Part shown: piece after piece, positions 46,930 to 56,185 of the stretch | Layout: each line of letters opens with the position of its first letter | How positions within the stretch are numbered: the first letter of the stretch is position 1 | Assembly (NCBI RefSeq): GCF_000737315.1 | Contig: NZ_JMCB01000014.1 | Location: forward strand, 248,001-312,000 | DNA length: 64,000 nt | Direction: 5' to 3' | From: Hyalangium minutum | GTDB lineage: Bacteria; Myxococcota; Myxococcia; Myxococcales; Myxococcaceae | Translations under genes and position numbers: made by a program | Notes under the pieces: generated by a model | Seen by the model: the letters and a program-made list of their open reading frames with translations, nothing else | Told to the model about the DNA's origin: nothing | Database searches by the model: none

Positions 46930-48234
46930 CTAGCGGCGGCCGCTGGCGGCCCGCTTGCGCTGGGGCTCGGCCTTCCGCGCGAGGTGCTCCACGGTCTGCT
47001 CGACCGTCGCGAGGAACGCGCGCACCGACTTGTCGAGCGCCGGCTCCGGCGTGTCCTCGATGCGGGTGTGCGAGATGCCCGGTGAGGACTGCGCGAAGAC
47101 CATCGCGGTCGGCACGATGTCGGCCATCTCCGCCGCGTCGTGGAGCGGACCCGACGGAATCTCCGGCGCATGGCCGGTGACGCCCTTGACCGCCTTCCGC
47201 ACGAAGCCGGTGAGCGTCTCGTCGAAGATGCGTGGGGTGATCTTGAGGATCGGGCTCCACTCGACCTTGACGCTGAACTCCTTCGCCGCGGCGAGCGACG
47301 CCTTCTTCGTCCCCGCGAGCAGCTTCGCGAGCACGCCTGCGTCGAGCGCGCGCATGTCGATGGAGATCTCCGTGCGGCCCGGCACCGCGGTGACGAAGTT
47401 CGGCTCGACCTTCACCACGCCGCAGGTGGCGACCACGCGCGTGCGAGGCGTCTTGCCGGAGAGCTTCGTCGCGAGCTCCTGCGCGGCGAGCGCGAATCGG
47501 GCGCCTGCGAGGAACGCGTCCTGGCGGAGGTGCAGCGGCGCGGCGCCGGAGTGCGCCGCCTGCCCGATGAACTTCAGATGGTGGCGCTCGACGCCCATGG
47601 TCCCGAGCACCACGCCGACCGGGCGCTTCATCTCCTGCAGCACAGGCCCCTGCTCGATGTGCAGTTCGAGGTAGGCCTCGGCCTGAAGGCCGTCGAAGTA
47701 CTCCCGCGCGGTCTTCATGCCATCGAGGCTGATGCCGTTCTCCTTCAGCGCGTCGGGGAGCTTCACACCGGCGCGGTCTACGAGGTGCGCGAGCTCCTTC
47801 TGCGGATCGAGCGAGCCCGCGGACGCTGCGGACCCGGTGAGGCTGCGGCCGAAGCGCGCGCCCTCTTCGTCGGCCCAATCGACGATGTGAATCGTGACGG
47901 GTGGGCGTTCGCCCTTCGCGGCATAGACACGGAGGACCTCGAGACCTGCGAGCACGCCGAGGCAGCCATCGAGCCAGCCGCCACCGGGGACCGAGTCGAG
48001 GTGGCTGCCGATGACAATGCTCCGCTCGGAGGCGCCGGGGAGCGTGGTCCAGAGGTTACCGGCGCCATCCTGACGCACGGGGAGGGAGAGTTCCTCTTTC
48101 AGCTTGCCTGCGAACCACTCGCGCGCCTTGCGCCAGACGGGGCCCCACGCGACGCGCTGGGCGCCGCGCTCGTCGGAGGTGAGCTTCTCGAGTTCCTTCA
48201 GATCGGAGATCACGCGCTTCGAAGAAGGGTTCAT
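46930..48234 (-). CDS. M20-family hydantoinase/carbamoylase-type (allantoate amidohydrolase-like) amidase
   Basis: IGSHLDSVPGGGWLDGCLG, WADEEGARFG, YLELHIEQGP, GQAAHSG, SGPLHDA. Confidence 0.9.
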   Translation of the reverse strand: MNPSSKRVISDLKELEKLTSDERGAQRVAWGPVWRKAREWFAGKLKEELSLPVRQDGAGNLWTTLPGASERSIVIGSHLDSVPGGGWLDGCLGVLAGLEVLRVYAAKGERPPVTIHIVDWADEEGARFGRSLTGSAASAGSLDPQKELAHLVDRAGVKLPDALKENGISLDGMKTAREYFDGLQAEAYLELHIEQGPVLQEMKRPVGVVLGTMGVERHHLKFIGQAAHSGAAPLHLRQDAFLAGARFALAAQELATKLSGKTPRTRVVATCGVVKVEPNFVTAVPGRTEISIDMRALDAGVLAKLLAGTKKASLAAAKEFSVKVEWSPILKITPRIFDETLTGFVRKAVKGVTGHAPEIPSGPLHDAAEMADIVPTAMVFAQSSPGISHTRIEDTPEPALDKSVRAFLATVEQTVEHLARKAEPQRKRAASGRR

Positions 48235-48372
48235 GGACCCCTTCATAGCGCGGGTGCGGGGAGGGGTGGGCACGTCCCCGGCCGGAGCGGGTCAAAAGGA
48301 CAAGACCTTTCCATGGGCGAAGAGCAACTGCCTGGCCTCTTTCCAACTCGGCATGAGTAGATTGCTTCCTGA

Positions 48373-49773
48373 ATGCCTGTCGCGAACCCTGCCGCACACG
48401 AACTCCATGACCGGGGCCTGGCGTTGCTCCGATCAAACCGCGAGCGCGAGGCCGTATCATGCCTGCGTGAGGCGGTGGTGCTCTCGCCGGGTCATGCGGT
48501 CGCGCACTACCACCTCGGCATCGCCCACCGCCTCCTGGGGGAGCTCGAGGAGGCACGAGCCGAGCTGCGAACCGCGCTGGAGAGGGATCCCACGCTGGCT
48601 CCAGCCTGTGCGCAGCTGGGAGGACTTGCGCTCGTCTCGGGTGGACTCGAGGAGGCGCTCACGTGGTTTTCTCGGGCACTCACCCTCAAGCCTGGTCACC
48701 GCGTGTCGCGCTACCAGATGGGCATCGCACTGCGGTTCGCCGGATATCGGCAGGAGGCCATCGCGTTCCTGCGGGCAAGCCTCGAGCCAGGACCGGGAGC
48801 GCTTCCTCCGCTCCTGGAGCACCGGGTGCACGGACAGCTCACGGATGCCTTGAGCGACCTGGCCCCGGGACCGAGACCGTTGCCCCAGTGCGCCGCGCCC
48901 CTGCTGACGGAGTTGATCGATGTCGAGGCACCTGCCGCCGAGGATGCTCCGCCCTTGGAGGGCTCAGGGGAGCGGTCGCGGATCGTGACGCCTCTCGAGG
49001 CCGCGCAGGTGCTCTCCGAGGCTCGGTCCGTGCTGGCGCTGACGGGTTCGGGGATCTCGGTCGGTAGTGGCCTGGCCACACGCAAGGAGCTGTGGCAACG
49101 CTGGGACCGTGACGCGGCGGTGTCCGTGTTCAGGTTTCGCGAGGACCCTGGCGTGCTCTGGAAGGTGATTGCTGACTTCCTGGGCACGGGACCTCACGCT
49201 CCTGCCCCGGGACATCTCGCGCTGGCGGAGTGTCCGAACCTGATCGGCATCGTCACGCAGAACGTGGATGGGCTCCACCAAGCGGCGCACCGCACGGTGC
49301 ACGGAGAGCAGGTACCGATGCCCTCGGTCATCGAGCTGCATGGCACACTGCTCGAGACCCGGTGCCATACCTGCCACTCCCGAACCGGCCGGGCCGCCAC
49401 CTCCTTCCTGGAAGCCCCTCGGGCACATCCGCCCCTCTGTGAGAGCTGCGGCGGCCCGCTGCGGCCGGACGTCGTCCTTTTCGGGGAGAGGGTCTCTTCG
49501 GAGCGGATGCTCGAGGCCATCCAGCTCGTTCAGCGATGCGATGTGCTCCTGGTGGTTGGCACGGCCATGGATGTGGCTCCCGCGGCGGACCTTCCTCGGG
49601 TCGCTCGCGCGAGAGGGGCGGTTGTGATCGAGCTCAAGCGGACGCCCTCACTTCTGTCACGGAGCCTCGACACGCTGCTCGTGCCGGGAGAGGCGGACGT
49701 GGTGCTGCCCGCCCTGATGAGCGCTCTACGCGGTGATAACGCCTCGAAACGCACGCCTCCATCCCACGAGTAG
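48373..49773 (+). CDS. TPR-repeat - Sir2 (sirtuin) fusion protein
   Basis: About 4 N-terminal TPRs; LTGSGISVGSG, VTQNVDGLHQAA, ELHG, CHTC...CESC, LRPDVVLFGE, LVVGT. Confidence 0.9.
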   Translation: MPVANPAAHELHDRGLALLRSNREREAVSCLREAVVLSPGHAVAHYHLGIAHRLLGELEEARAELRTALERDPTLAPACAQLGGLALVSGGLEEALTWFSRALTLKPGHRVSRYQMGIALRFAGYRQEAIAFLRASLEPGPGALPPLLEHRVHGQLTDALSDLAPGPRPLPQCAAPLLTELIDVEAPAAEDAPPLEGSGERSRIVTPLEAAQVLSEARSVLALTGSGISVGSGLATRKELWQRWDRDAAVSVFRFREDPGVLWKVIADFLGTGPHAPAPGHLALAECPNLIGIVTQNVDGLHQAAHRTVHGEQVPMPSVIELHGTLLETRCHTCHSRTGRAATSFLEAPRAHPPLCESCGGPLRPDVVLFGERVSSERMLEAIQLVQRCDVLLVVGTAMDVAPAADLPRVARARGAVVIELKRTPSLLSRSLDTLLVPGEADVVLPALMSALRGDNASKRTPPSHE

Positions 49774-49898
49774 CCCACACGAACCTCCGGCGCTGTCCCT
49801 CTCCATGCGCTGAGTCCAACACTGCCCTCGGCCCGAGGCGCACGTGGAACCTCGGGCGCTGCGTGACCAGCCTCGGTGCTGGGCAAGGGGGGCGAATC

Positions 49899-51209
49899 AT
49901 GCGGCAGACCTGGAGAAGGCTCGCGAAGCAGGGGTGGATGCTGGCCGCGATGATGCTCGCGGCCTGTGCCTCCGAGCAGCCTGCGCCTTCCCTCACCTGG
50001 CACCGGGACGTTGCGCCGCTCATGCAGGAGCGGTGTGGAGGCTGCCACGTCGAGGGCGGCATCGCTCCGTTCGCGCTCCAGAGCCACGCGCAGGTCTTCG
50101 AGCGGAGAGCGGAGATCCGCGAGGCCGTGAGCTCGCGCCGCATGCCTCCCTGGCAGCCTGGGCCCGGCTGCGCGGAGTACCTCGACGACCTCTCTCTCTC
50201 CGAGGAGCAGATCACCCTGATCACCCGCTGGGTAGACGCCGGCGCTCCCGAGGGCAGCGTGCGTGACGCCCGACCCGTTGCGCCGAGCCCACCGGTGGGA
50301 CTGTCTCGCGTGGACCTCGAGCTGCGGATGCCCCTCGAGTACACGCCCCAGAAGGCGCCAGATGACTACCGCTGCTTCATCCTCGACTGGCCCCATGAGC
50401 GGGCCCAATACATCACCGGGTTCAACGGCAAGCCCGGCACCCTGGCGGAGATCCACCATCTCATCGCGTACCTGATCCGCCCCGAGGAGGTGGCCCAGGT
50501 GCAGGCCTTGGACAACGCGGAGCCGGGTCCGGGCTACACCTGCTTCGGTGGGCCTGGGGGCAAAGGCGCGCAAGTGTGGCTGGGAGCCTGGGCGCCCGGA
50601 GCCATGGGCGGAGACTACCCCGAGCGGACGGGGCTGGAGATCCAGCCCGGCTCCAAGATCGTCCTTCAGGTCCACTACAACACCCACAGCGCGGCCCCGA
50701 GCCCGGACCGATCCTCGCTGCAGTTCAAGCTGGATGAGCGGGTCGACACCCCCGCGTACATGCTGCTGTGGACCGATGCCTCCTGGGTCTTGAACAAGAC
50801 CATGGACATTCCCGCGGGCCAGGCCGATGTCATGCACCGCTGGACGTCCGAGCCCTCCTCGGTGCTGGAGGCCGTGACGCGGGGGGCGGTGCCCAACGGG
50901 GAGCCCCTCACCCTGCACACGGCCGCGCTGCACATGCACACGCTGGGCACGCGCGCGCGGCTGGAGGTGCTCCGCCAGGCGGGAGGAACGGAGTGCCTGT
51001 TGGACATTCCTCGCTGGAACTTCAGTTGGCAGAACAGCTACCGGCTGAGGGAGCCGCGCGAGCTGATGCCTGGAGATCGGCTCACCGTCGAGTGCCACTG
51101 GGACAACAGCGCTCCAGGCGCGGTGGACACCCACTGGGGCGAAGGCACCCACGACGAGATGTGCCTGGGCATCCTCTATATGACACCCAAGAAGACAACC
51201 GTGCGTTGA
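49899..51209 (+). CDS. Lipoprotein: c-type heme motif plus copper type II (PHM/DBH-like) monooxygenase domains
   Basis: LAAC lipobox; CGGCH; DDYRCF; IHH, LQVHY, HMH, HDEMC Cu-ligand pattern. Confidence 0.85.
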   Translation: MRQTWRRLAKQGWMLAAMMLAACASEQPAPSLTWHRDVAPLMQERCGGCHVEGGIAPFALQSHAQVFERRAEIREAVSSRRMPPWQPGPGCAEYLDDLSLSEEQITLITRWVDAGAPEGSVRDARPVAPSPPVGLSRVDLELRMPLEYTPQKAPDDYRCFILDWPHERAQYITGFNGKPGTLAEIHHLIAYLIRPEEVAQVQALDNAEPGPGYTCFGGPGGKGAQVWLGAWAPGAMGGDYPERTGLEIQPGSKIVLQVHYNTHSAAPSPDRSSLQFKLDERVDTPAYMLLWTDASWVLNKTMDIPAGQADVMHRWTSEPSSVLEAVTRGAVPNGEPLTLHTAALHMHTLGTRARLEVLRQAGGTECLLDIPRWNFSWQNSYRLREPRELMPGDRLTVECHWDNSAPGAVDTHWGEGTHDEMCLGILYMTPKKTTVR

Positions 51210-51425
51210 GGTGGGCTCGCTCCACGCACCCCCTCCCCAGACGAGGTGGGCCATTGCAGCTGCCGCTGGAAGTGGTGGCCCAGCATCTTCCGCTAGGGCG
51301 GCCTTCCTGGCGGCCCGCGTCACGGAGAAAAAATGTGGGGCGACCGATGACTTTTCCCACGGCGAGGAGTCTGAGCTTGAGAACCTCATGGGGTGGGCGT
51401 GGGCTCACCTGAAAGGAAGCAAGCC

Positions 51426-51845
51426 ATGACGATCCTGACTGCGACTCCCTACCTCATCCTCAACGGCGCCGCCGCGCGCGCCATCCCCTTCTATGAGCAG
51501 GCGCTGGGAGCCAAGACCACGGCGATGCAGCGCTTCGGCGACGTGAACCAGAGCTGTCCCGAGGCACAGAAGCACCTGGTGATGCACGCGGAGCTCCGCG
51601 TGGGAGAAGCCCGGGTGATGATGAGCGATGGCCCGGGCGAAGGCGCTCTGCCGGTGGGCGGCGCCGTGAGTATCGCGCTGAACTTCAGTGATGCCGCCCA
51701 GCTTCGGCGCTCCTTCGATGCGCTCGCCGCCCAGGGCAAGGTCATCCAGCCGGTCATCGATGCGCCTTGGGGTGACGTGTTCGGCGTGGTCAGCGATCAG
51801 TTCGGCGTGAACTGGATGGTGACCGCACCGATTCCCAAGAGCTGA
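51426..51845 (+). CDS. VOC/PhnB-family protein
   Basis: PYLILNG.A..AI.FYEQALG, VMHAEL, PWGDVFGVVSDQFGVNWM. Confidence 0.9.
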   Translation: MTILTATPYLILNGAAARAIPFYEQALGAKTTAMQRFGDVNQSCPEAQKHLVMHAELRVGEARVMMSDGPGEGALPVGGAVSIALNFSDAAQLRRSFDALAAQGKVIQPVIDAPWGDVFGVVSDQFGVNWMVTAPIPKS

Positions 51846-51847
51846 GT

Positions 51848-51921
51848 GGAAGCCGCGCTCGACACAGTGAGCGCACTCTCGCCAGAAGCTCGGGCGGCGG
51901 GTTCGATTGCCGCCGCTTCCA
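51848..51921 (+). other. Degenerate tRNA-like cloverleaf (pseudo-tRNA / att-associated)
   Basis: GGAAGC pairs with GCTTCC plus A73. GCTC/GAGC sit at tRNA positions 10-13/22-25. T-arm is GCGGG-TTCGATT-GCCGC. The anticodon arm pairs poorly and no CCA is encoded. Confidence 0.4.
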
Positions 51922-51946
51922 AGTAGAGCAACCCGCCGCTCTCAAG

Positions 51947-51985
51947 GCGCCGCCCTCTAAGAACGGGGGCGGCGCTCGCATTTTT
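51947..51985 (+). terminator. Possible intrinsic terminator
   Basis: GCGCCGCCC / GGGCGGCGC stem; the T5 run is offset by 5 nt. Confidence 0.4.
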
Positions 51986-52078
51986 GGGACCCAATCCGGT
52001 TTTTGGGACCCCAAAAGGACCAAACTGGAGACGGAAACGACATGAGCAAGACGTGGATCGGCAAGTGGAAGCGTATGC

Positions 52079-52545
52079 GTATAGGCGGGATAGAGGCCAT
52101 GTGGAGGGTGAGGGCTGGAGCGGAGGTGCCCTGGAGGACCGCTGACGGGGGCCGCCCGAGCAGTGAGCCAAGCGGGTGGAGAAGCCGCGCAGCCCCTTCG
52201 AGTACACGCCGGCCCTGGCCGCCCTCCCATGAGGTGCGCGGCAGGGGCTTGGTTCTCTTGGCCCTGGCGGCTTGAGCCTCAACACCCCGCGGCCTGAGGG
52301 GGCTCGCGCGCTGGGGCCAGCCTCACACCTGCCGTGGGCAGGCCCAGGTGCTCCAGAATCGCTCGCACTCCTCCCGCCTCGTTCACGTACGCCAGCACTC
52401 GCCGTCTACCTCCACACCTCACGCAGGCGAACACCTCGAAGTCGAACGTCCTGCTGAGCAACTCGGCCCAGTCTACTCGCGGCCTCTTCTCCATCAGCGG
52501 CTCCTTGCTGGCCGCTGCCTGAGGCGAAGCCAGAGTCGCCATTCA
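52079..52545 (-). mobile_element. IS91-like transposase C-terminus and downstream end (oriIS-like CCTATAC)
   Basis: RVDWAELLSRTFDFEVFACVRCGGRRRVLAYVNEAGGVRAILEHLGLP...PPQAAGC-stop. The minus-strand terminus CCTATAC lies at 52079-52085. Confidence 0.75.
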
Positions 52546-52814
52546 CCTCTGACACGTCACACCGCCGATGATGCGGGCGCTGCCACCTCTACAACGCCGG
52601 TGATCAGGCGGCCGCCGTCCCCTACGGACGGAGGTGGACGTCCGGCTCCCTCCCCGAAAACAGCCCCAGTGCGCCTCCCTGGAGGGCATCTCCCTGCGCG
52701 CCAATACACACCTGCCTGCCAAGACAGGCAGGGACTGGGATGAGGCTGACGTTCCGCACTGCGAGCCGCTGCATGCGGGACACGCTCCCGTCGGTTCCTG
52801 CTAAGGGGTTCTCC

Positions 52815-53924
52815 ATGGCGCAGAAAGAAAAAACTCCGCAACCTGAGCGGTCCCACACGGACGAAAGCCTGCGCTCGGAGCGGGAGCACTCCGACCGTGA
52901 ATACAGTAAGACGCAGAGTGCGACTGAAGAAGCGTCAGACGCCTCTGTCCAGACGGCCCGGGGAATGGCTGATCAGCTTTCCCAAGAGGCCCGCGACATC
53001 GCGGATGTGAAGCTGGCGCGGAGCAAGGCGTCCCCAGAAGCACGTGAGAGCGTTGACCGAGAGCGGGCACACGAGGATGCAGCCTTGCAGGGGGAGCGTG
53101 AGGCTTCTGACGCGGAAATGGAGGCCGAGCGCGTGGAGGGCAAGCGCGCGTTGGCTGCCCTCCTCTGCCTGGAACGAAAGGAAACGGATACGCGCCTCCT
53201 CTTGGAGCGGGCGCGCTCCGATGAAGGGCTTGCGACGCGGGATGATTTCCTGGGGATGGTCAGCCACGACGCGCGCACGCTTCTTGCGGGGATCGCTTTG
53301 CAGGCGACCCTTCTCAAGCGGAACGTCGCTGAAGATGAGGCGGGCAGGAGGACCGTACAAGGCCTCGAGAAGATCGAGCGCTTCACGGCGCGGTTGAACC
53401 GGCTGCTCGGAGACTTGATGGATGTGGCCAGTATCGAGGCGGGCAAGCTCCTCGTCGTCCCAGTATTGCAGGATGCAACCGCGCTTGTGCGGGAGTCAGC
53501 CGAGGCGTTCCACCCTCTGGCCACTGCCCAGGGCCTCTCTCTCTCCGTGGAGATCCGCGGGAAGGATTTGAAGGCGAAATTTGACCATGAGCGTGTCCTT
53601 CAGGTCCTCGCCAACCTGTTGAGCAATGCCATCAAGTTTACCAAGCCAGGAGGCAGGATTTCGATCCGATTGGAGTCTTTGGGCCACGAGGTTCACTGCT
53701 CTGTAACGGACACCGGCGCGGGAATCCCGAGCCATCAACTCGACGCCGTATTCGAGCGTTTCTGGCAAGCCCAAAGCAGGGATCGGCGAGGGATGGGGCT
53801 CGGCCTCTACATCTCCAAGTGCATTGTGGAAGCTCACGGTGGGCGTATCTGGGCCGAGAGTCAGCCGGGCGTGGGCAGCACCTTCACGTTCACTCTTCAG
53901 GGTGCCCCTACCGAGTCGCGGTAG
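52815..53924 (+). CDS. Cytoplasmic histidine kinase with charged coiled-coil N-terminus
   Basis: ER..TD..L..ER repeats; RDDFLGMVSHDAR H-box; QVLANLLSNAIKF, DTGAG, FERFWQ, GMGLGL. Confidence 0.9.
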   Translation: MAQKEKTPQPERSHTDESLRSEREHSDREYSKTQSATEEASDASVQTARGMADQLSQEARDIADVKLARSKASPEARESVDRERAHEDAALQGEREASDAEMEAERVEGKRALAALLCLERKETDTRLLLERARSDEGLATRDDFLGMVSHDARTLLAGIALQATLLKRNVAEDEAGRRTVQGLEKIERFTARLNRLLGDLMDVASIEAGKLLVVPVLQDATALVRESAEAFHPLATAQGLSLSVEIRGKDLKAKFDHERVLQVLANLLSNAIKFTKPGGRISIRLESLGHEVHCSVTDTGAGIPSHQLDAVFERFWQAQSRDRRGMGLGLYISKCIVEAHGGRIWAESQPGVGSTFTFTLQGAPTESR

Positions 53925-54080
53925 AGCCCTCCGGCTGAGAGAAGAGGATGGCGAGAGGTGTCTGGAGGAGAGCATCCCATCGAGCGCCGGTCGGCTGCTC
54001 ACTGCTGGCCAGGCCCCCCGACTTGAGGTGCCCGGAGCCTGTGCGCGTGTTCCTGGGTATTGGCACCTTATTTTCCCAGG

Positions 54081-56153
54081 ATGACGACGATGCTGCCCAA
54101 GCTCCCAAGACCCAAGCCGGAACGCCAACAGACCGACCGAAGCCTGTACGTCGAGCGTCAAAAGACCGACCAGGAGTTTGGCAGGCGGGAGGCGTCCATC
54201 GTGAAGGACGCGGATGCAGGCGTCCGGGAGGCTCGTGGGCGTGCCGACGAAGCGCTCGACGAGGCGCGGGAGCAGGCGGACGGAACGCTGGAGGGGGGTT
54301 CTTCGTGGGAACACCTTCGAGCGCTCGGGCAGGAGCGTACCCAGCAGGCTGCCGCCCTTCATCAGGAGCGGCTCACCGTCGATGAGAAGTTGCTCAGCGA
54401 GCGTCAAGAACGGATGCAGGCGCTGGTGAATCTCTTTCTGCGTGAGCGTCAGCAGACGGACGAACGGCTACTGACTGAACTCGGACGTGCCGATGCCACC
54501 CTGACGGCAAGGGATGACTTCATGGGAATGGTCTTCATGCAGCTGCCCATGCCCATCTGCCTGACGCGGGGGAGCGACCATGTCTTTGAGCTGGCCAATC
54601 CTTCGTACCTGCGGCTGGTGGGCAAGAGGGAGCTGGCGGGCCAGAGCATTCGCAGGGCGCTCCCTGAGCTGGAAGGACAGCCATTCTTCGAGCTGATGGA
54701 CCGCGTCTTCGCCTCAGGAGAGGCCTTTCACGGAAACGAGATGCCCGCTCGGCTCCATATGGGTGAAGGCGAGCTGACGGAGGAGCGCTTCTTCAACTTC
54801 GTCTACCAGCCGCTTCTCGGGCTCGACGGAAAGGTGGATGGCATCGTCACCTTCGCGTTCGAGGTGACAGAGCAGATTCGGGCGAGACAGAAACTACAGG
54901 AGGCCGAACGCCGTGCGCGATTCCTGGGGGAGGCCAGTGCGTTGCTGGGTGCCTCGCTGGAGCTCACCCTCACGCTCAACCGCCTGGCAAGCCTGGCGCT
55001 CCCGAGTCTCGCGGACTTCTGTGTCGTGGACGTGGCCGATGACGAACGACGGATCACTCGCGCAGCGACTGCTCATATTGACGCGGTCAAGGAGAACCTC
55101 CTGCGGGAGCTGGACCGTCGTCAGCCCATGACGTGGGACTCGTCACACCCCGTCCCTCGGGTCTTTCGCACAGGGCAGTCCGAGTTCCTGCCTGAGACGA
55201 CTCACGAGGCAATTGCCGCACGACCCCAGGATGCGGAGCACGCCACGCTCATGCGGCAGCTCGGTGTCCGCTCGTACATGGCGGTGCCCATGCTCGCACG
55301 AGGAAGGACCATTGGAGTGCTCAGCTTTGGATTGACGGAGCCGGGGCGGAGGTACACGACTGATGATCTGCTTCTTGCCCAGGAGCTTGCCGAGCGGGCC
55401 GCCCATGCGGTGGACAATGCCCGGCTCTACAGCGAGGCGCAGCAGGCCATCCGCATTCGGGATGAGTTTCTCTCCATTGCCAGTCACGAACTGAGGACGC
55501 CGCTGACTCCCATCCAGCTTCACCTTCAGAGCCTGACCCAGGACGCACGCGAGGAGCGGACGGACAAGTTGGACTCCTCGAAGCTGAGGCGGAAGCTCGA
55601 GACCCTTGGCCGACAGGTCCACCGGCTCAAGTTGCTTGTCTATGGCTTGCTCGATGTTTCCCGGCTCAGTGGCCATGACTTCAAACTGGAGATCGAGCGG
55701 GTGGACCTCTTGGAGCTCATCTCCGAGGTGACAGCACGATTCCGAGCCGAAGCGGAGCAGACGAAGACACCGCTGGAGGTGAATGTGCCCGCCTCGCTGA
55801 TAGGGGAGTGGGACAGAATTCGCGTGGATCAGATCATGACGAACCTGGTCAGCAATGCCCTGAAGTTCGGCAAAGGGAAGCCGGTGACGGTCTCCGCCAC
55901 GAGCGACGGCGAGTCGGCCCTCATCCAGGTTCGGGACCTGGGGATCGGCATCGCCCCGGAGGACCAGGAGCGCATCTTTCAGCGCTTCGAGCGGGCGGTG
56001 CCCACCCGCCATTTCGGAGGCTTTGGGCTCGGGCTGTGGATCGTGCGTCAGATTGTGGAAGCCCTCGGGGGCACCATCTGCGTGGAGAGCGAGCTGGGGA
56101 GGGGCGCCACGTTTACCGTCGAACTTCCGCTTCAGGCGAGGAGGGCCCGTTGA
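54081..56153 (+). CDS. Cytoplasmic PAS-GAF histidine kinase with the same coiled-coil N-terminus
   Basis: PAS (FELANP.Y...G...L.G..IR.ALPEL), GAF (YMAVPM.ARG...GVLSF), SHELRTPL, NLVSNALKF, GFGLGL. Confidence 0.92.
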   Translation: MTTMLPKLPRPKPERQQTDRSLYVERQKTDQEFGRREASIVKDADAGVREARGRADEALDEAREQADGTLEGGSSWEHLRALGQERTQQAAALHQERLTVDEKLLSERQERMQALVNLFLRERQQTDERLLTELGRADATLTARDDFMGMVFMQLPMPICLTRGSDHVFELANPSYLRLVGKRELAGQSIRRALPELEGQPFFELMDRVFASGEAFHGNEMPARLHMGEGELTEERFFNFVYQPLLGLDGKVDGIVTFAFEVTEQIRARQKLQEAERRARFLGEASALLGASLELTLTLNRLASLALPSLADFCVVDVADDERRITRAATAHIDAVKENLLRELDRRQPMTWDSSHPVPRVFRTGQSEFLPETTHEAIAARPQDAEHATLMRQLGVRSYMAVPMLARGRTIGVLSFGLTEPGRRYTTDDLLLAQELAERAAHAVDNARLYSEAQQAIRIRDEFLSIASHELRTPLTPIQLHLQSLTQDAREERTDKLDSSKLRRKLETLGRQVHRLKLLVYGLLDVSRLSGHDFKLEIERVDLLELISEVTARFRAEAEQTKTPLEVNVPASLIGEWDRIRVDQIMTNLVSNALKFGKGKPVTVSATSDGESALIQVRDLGIGIAPEDQERIFQRFERAVPTRHFGGFGLGLWIVRQIVEALGGTICVESELGRGATFTVELPLQARRAR

Positions 56154-56185
56154 TGGAGACGATCCTCCACTCTATTCACGAGGGC

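Noticed and set aside
51848-51921. Functional tRNA-Gly(GCC)
   Set aside because: The anticodon stem does not pair, U8/A14/G18G19/U33 are missing and G53-C61 is broken. Kept only as a tRNA-like finding.
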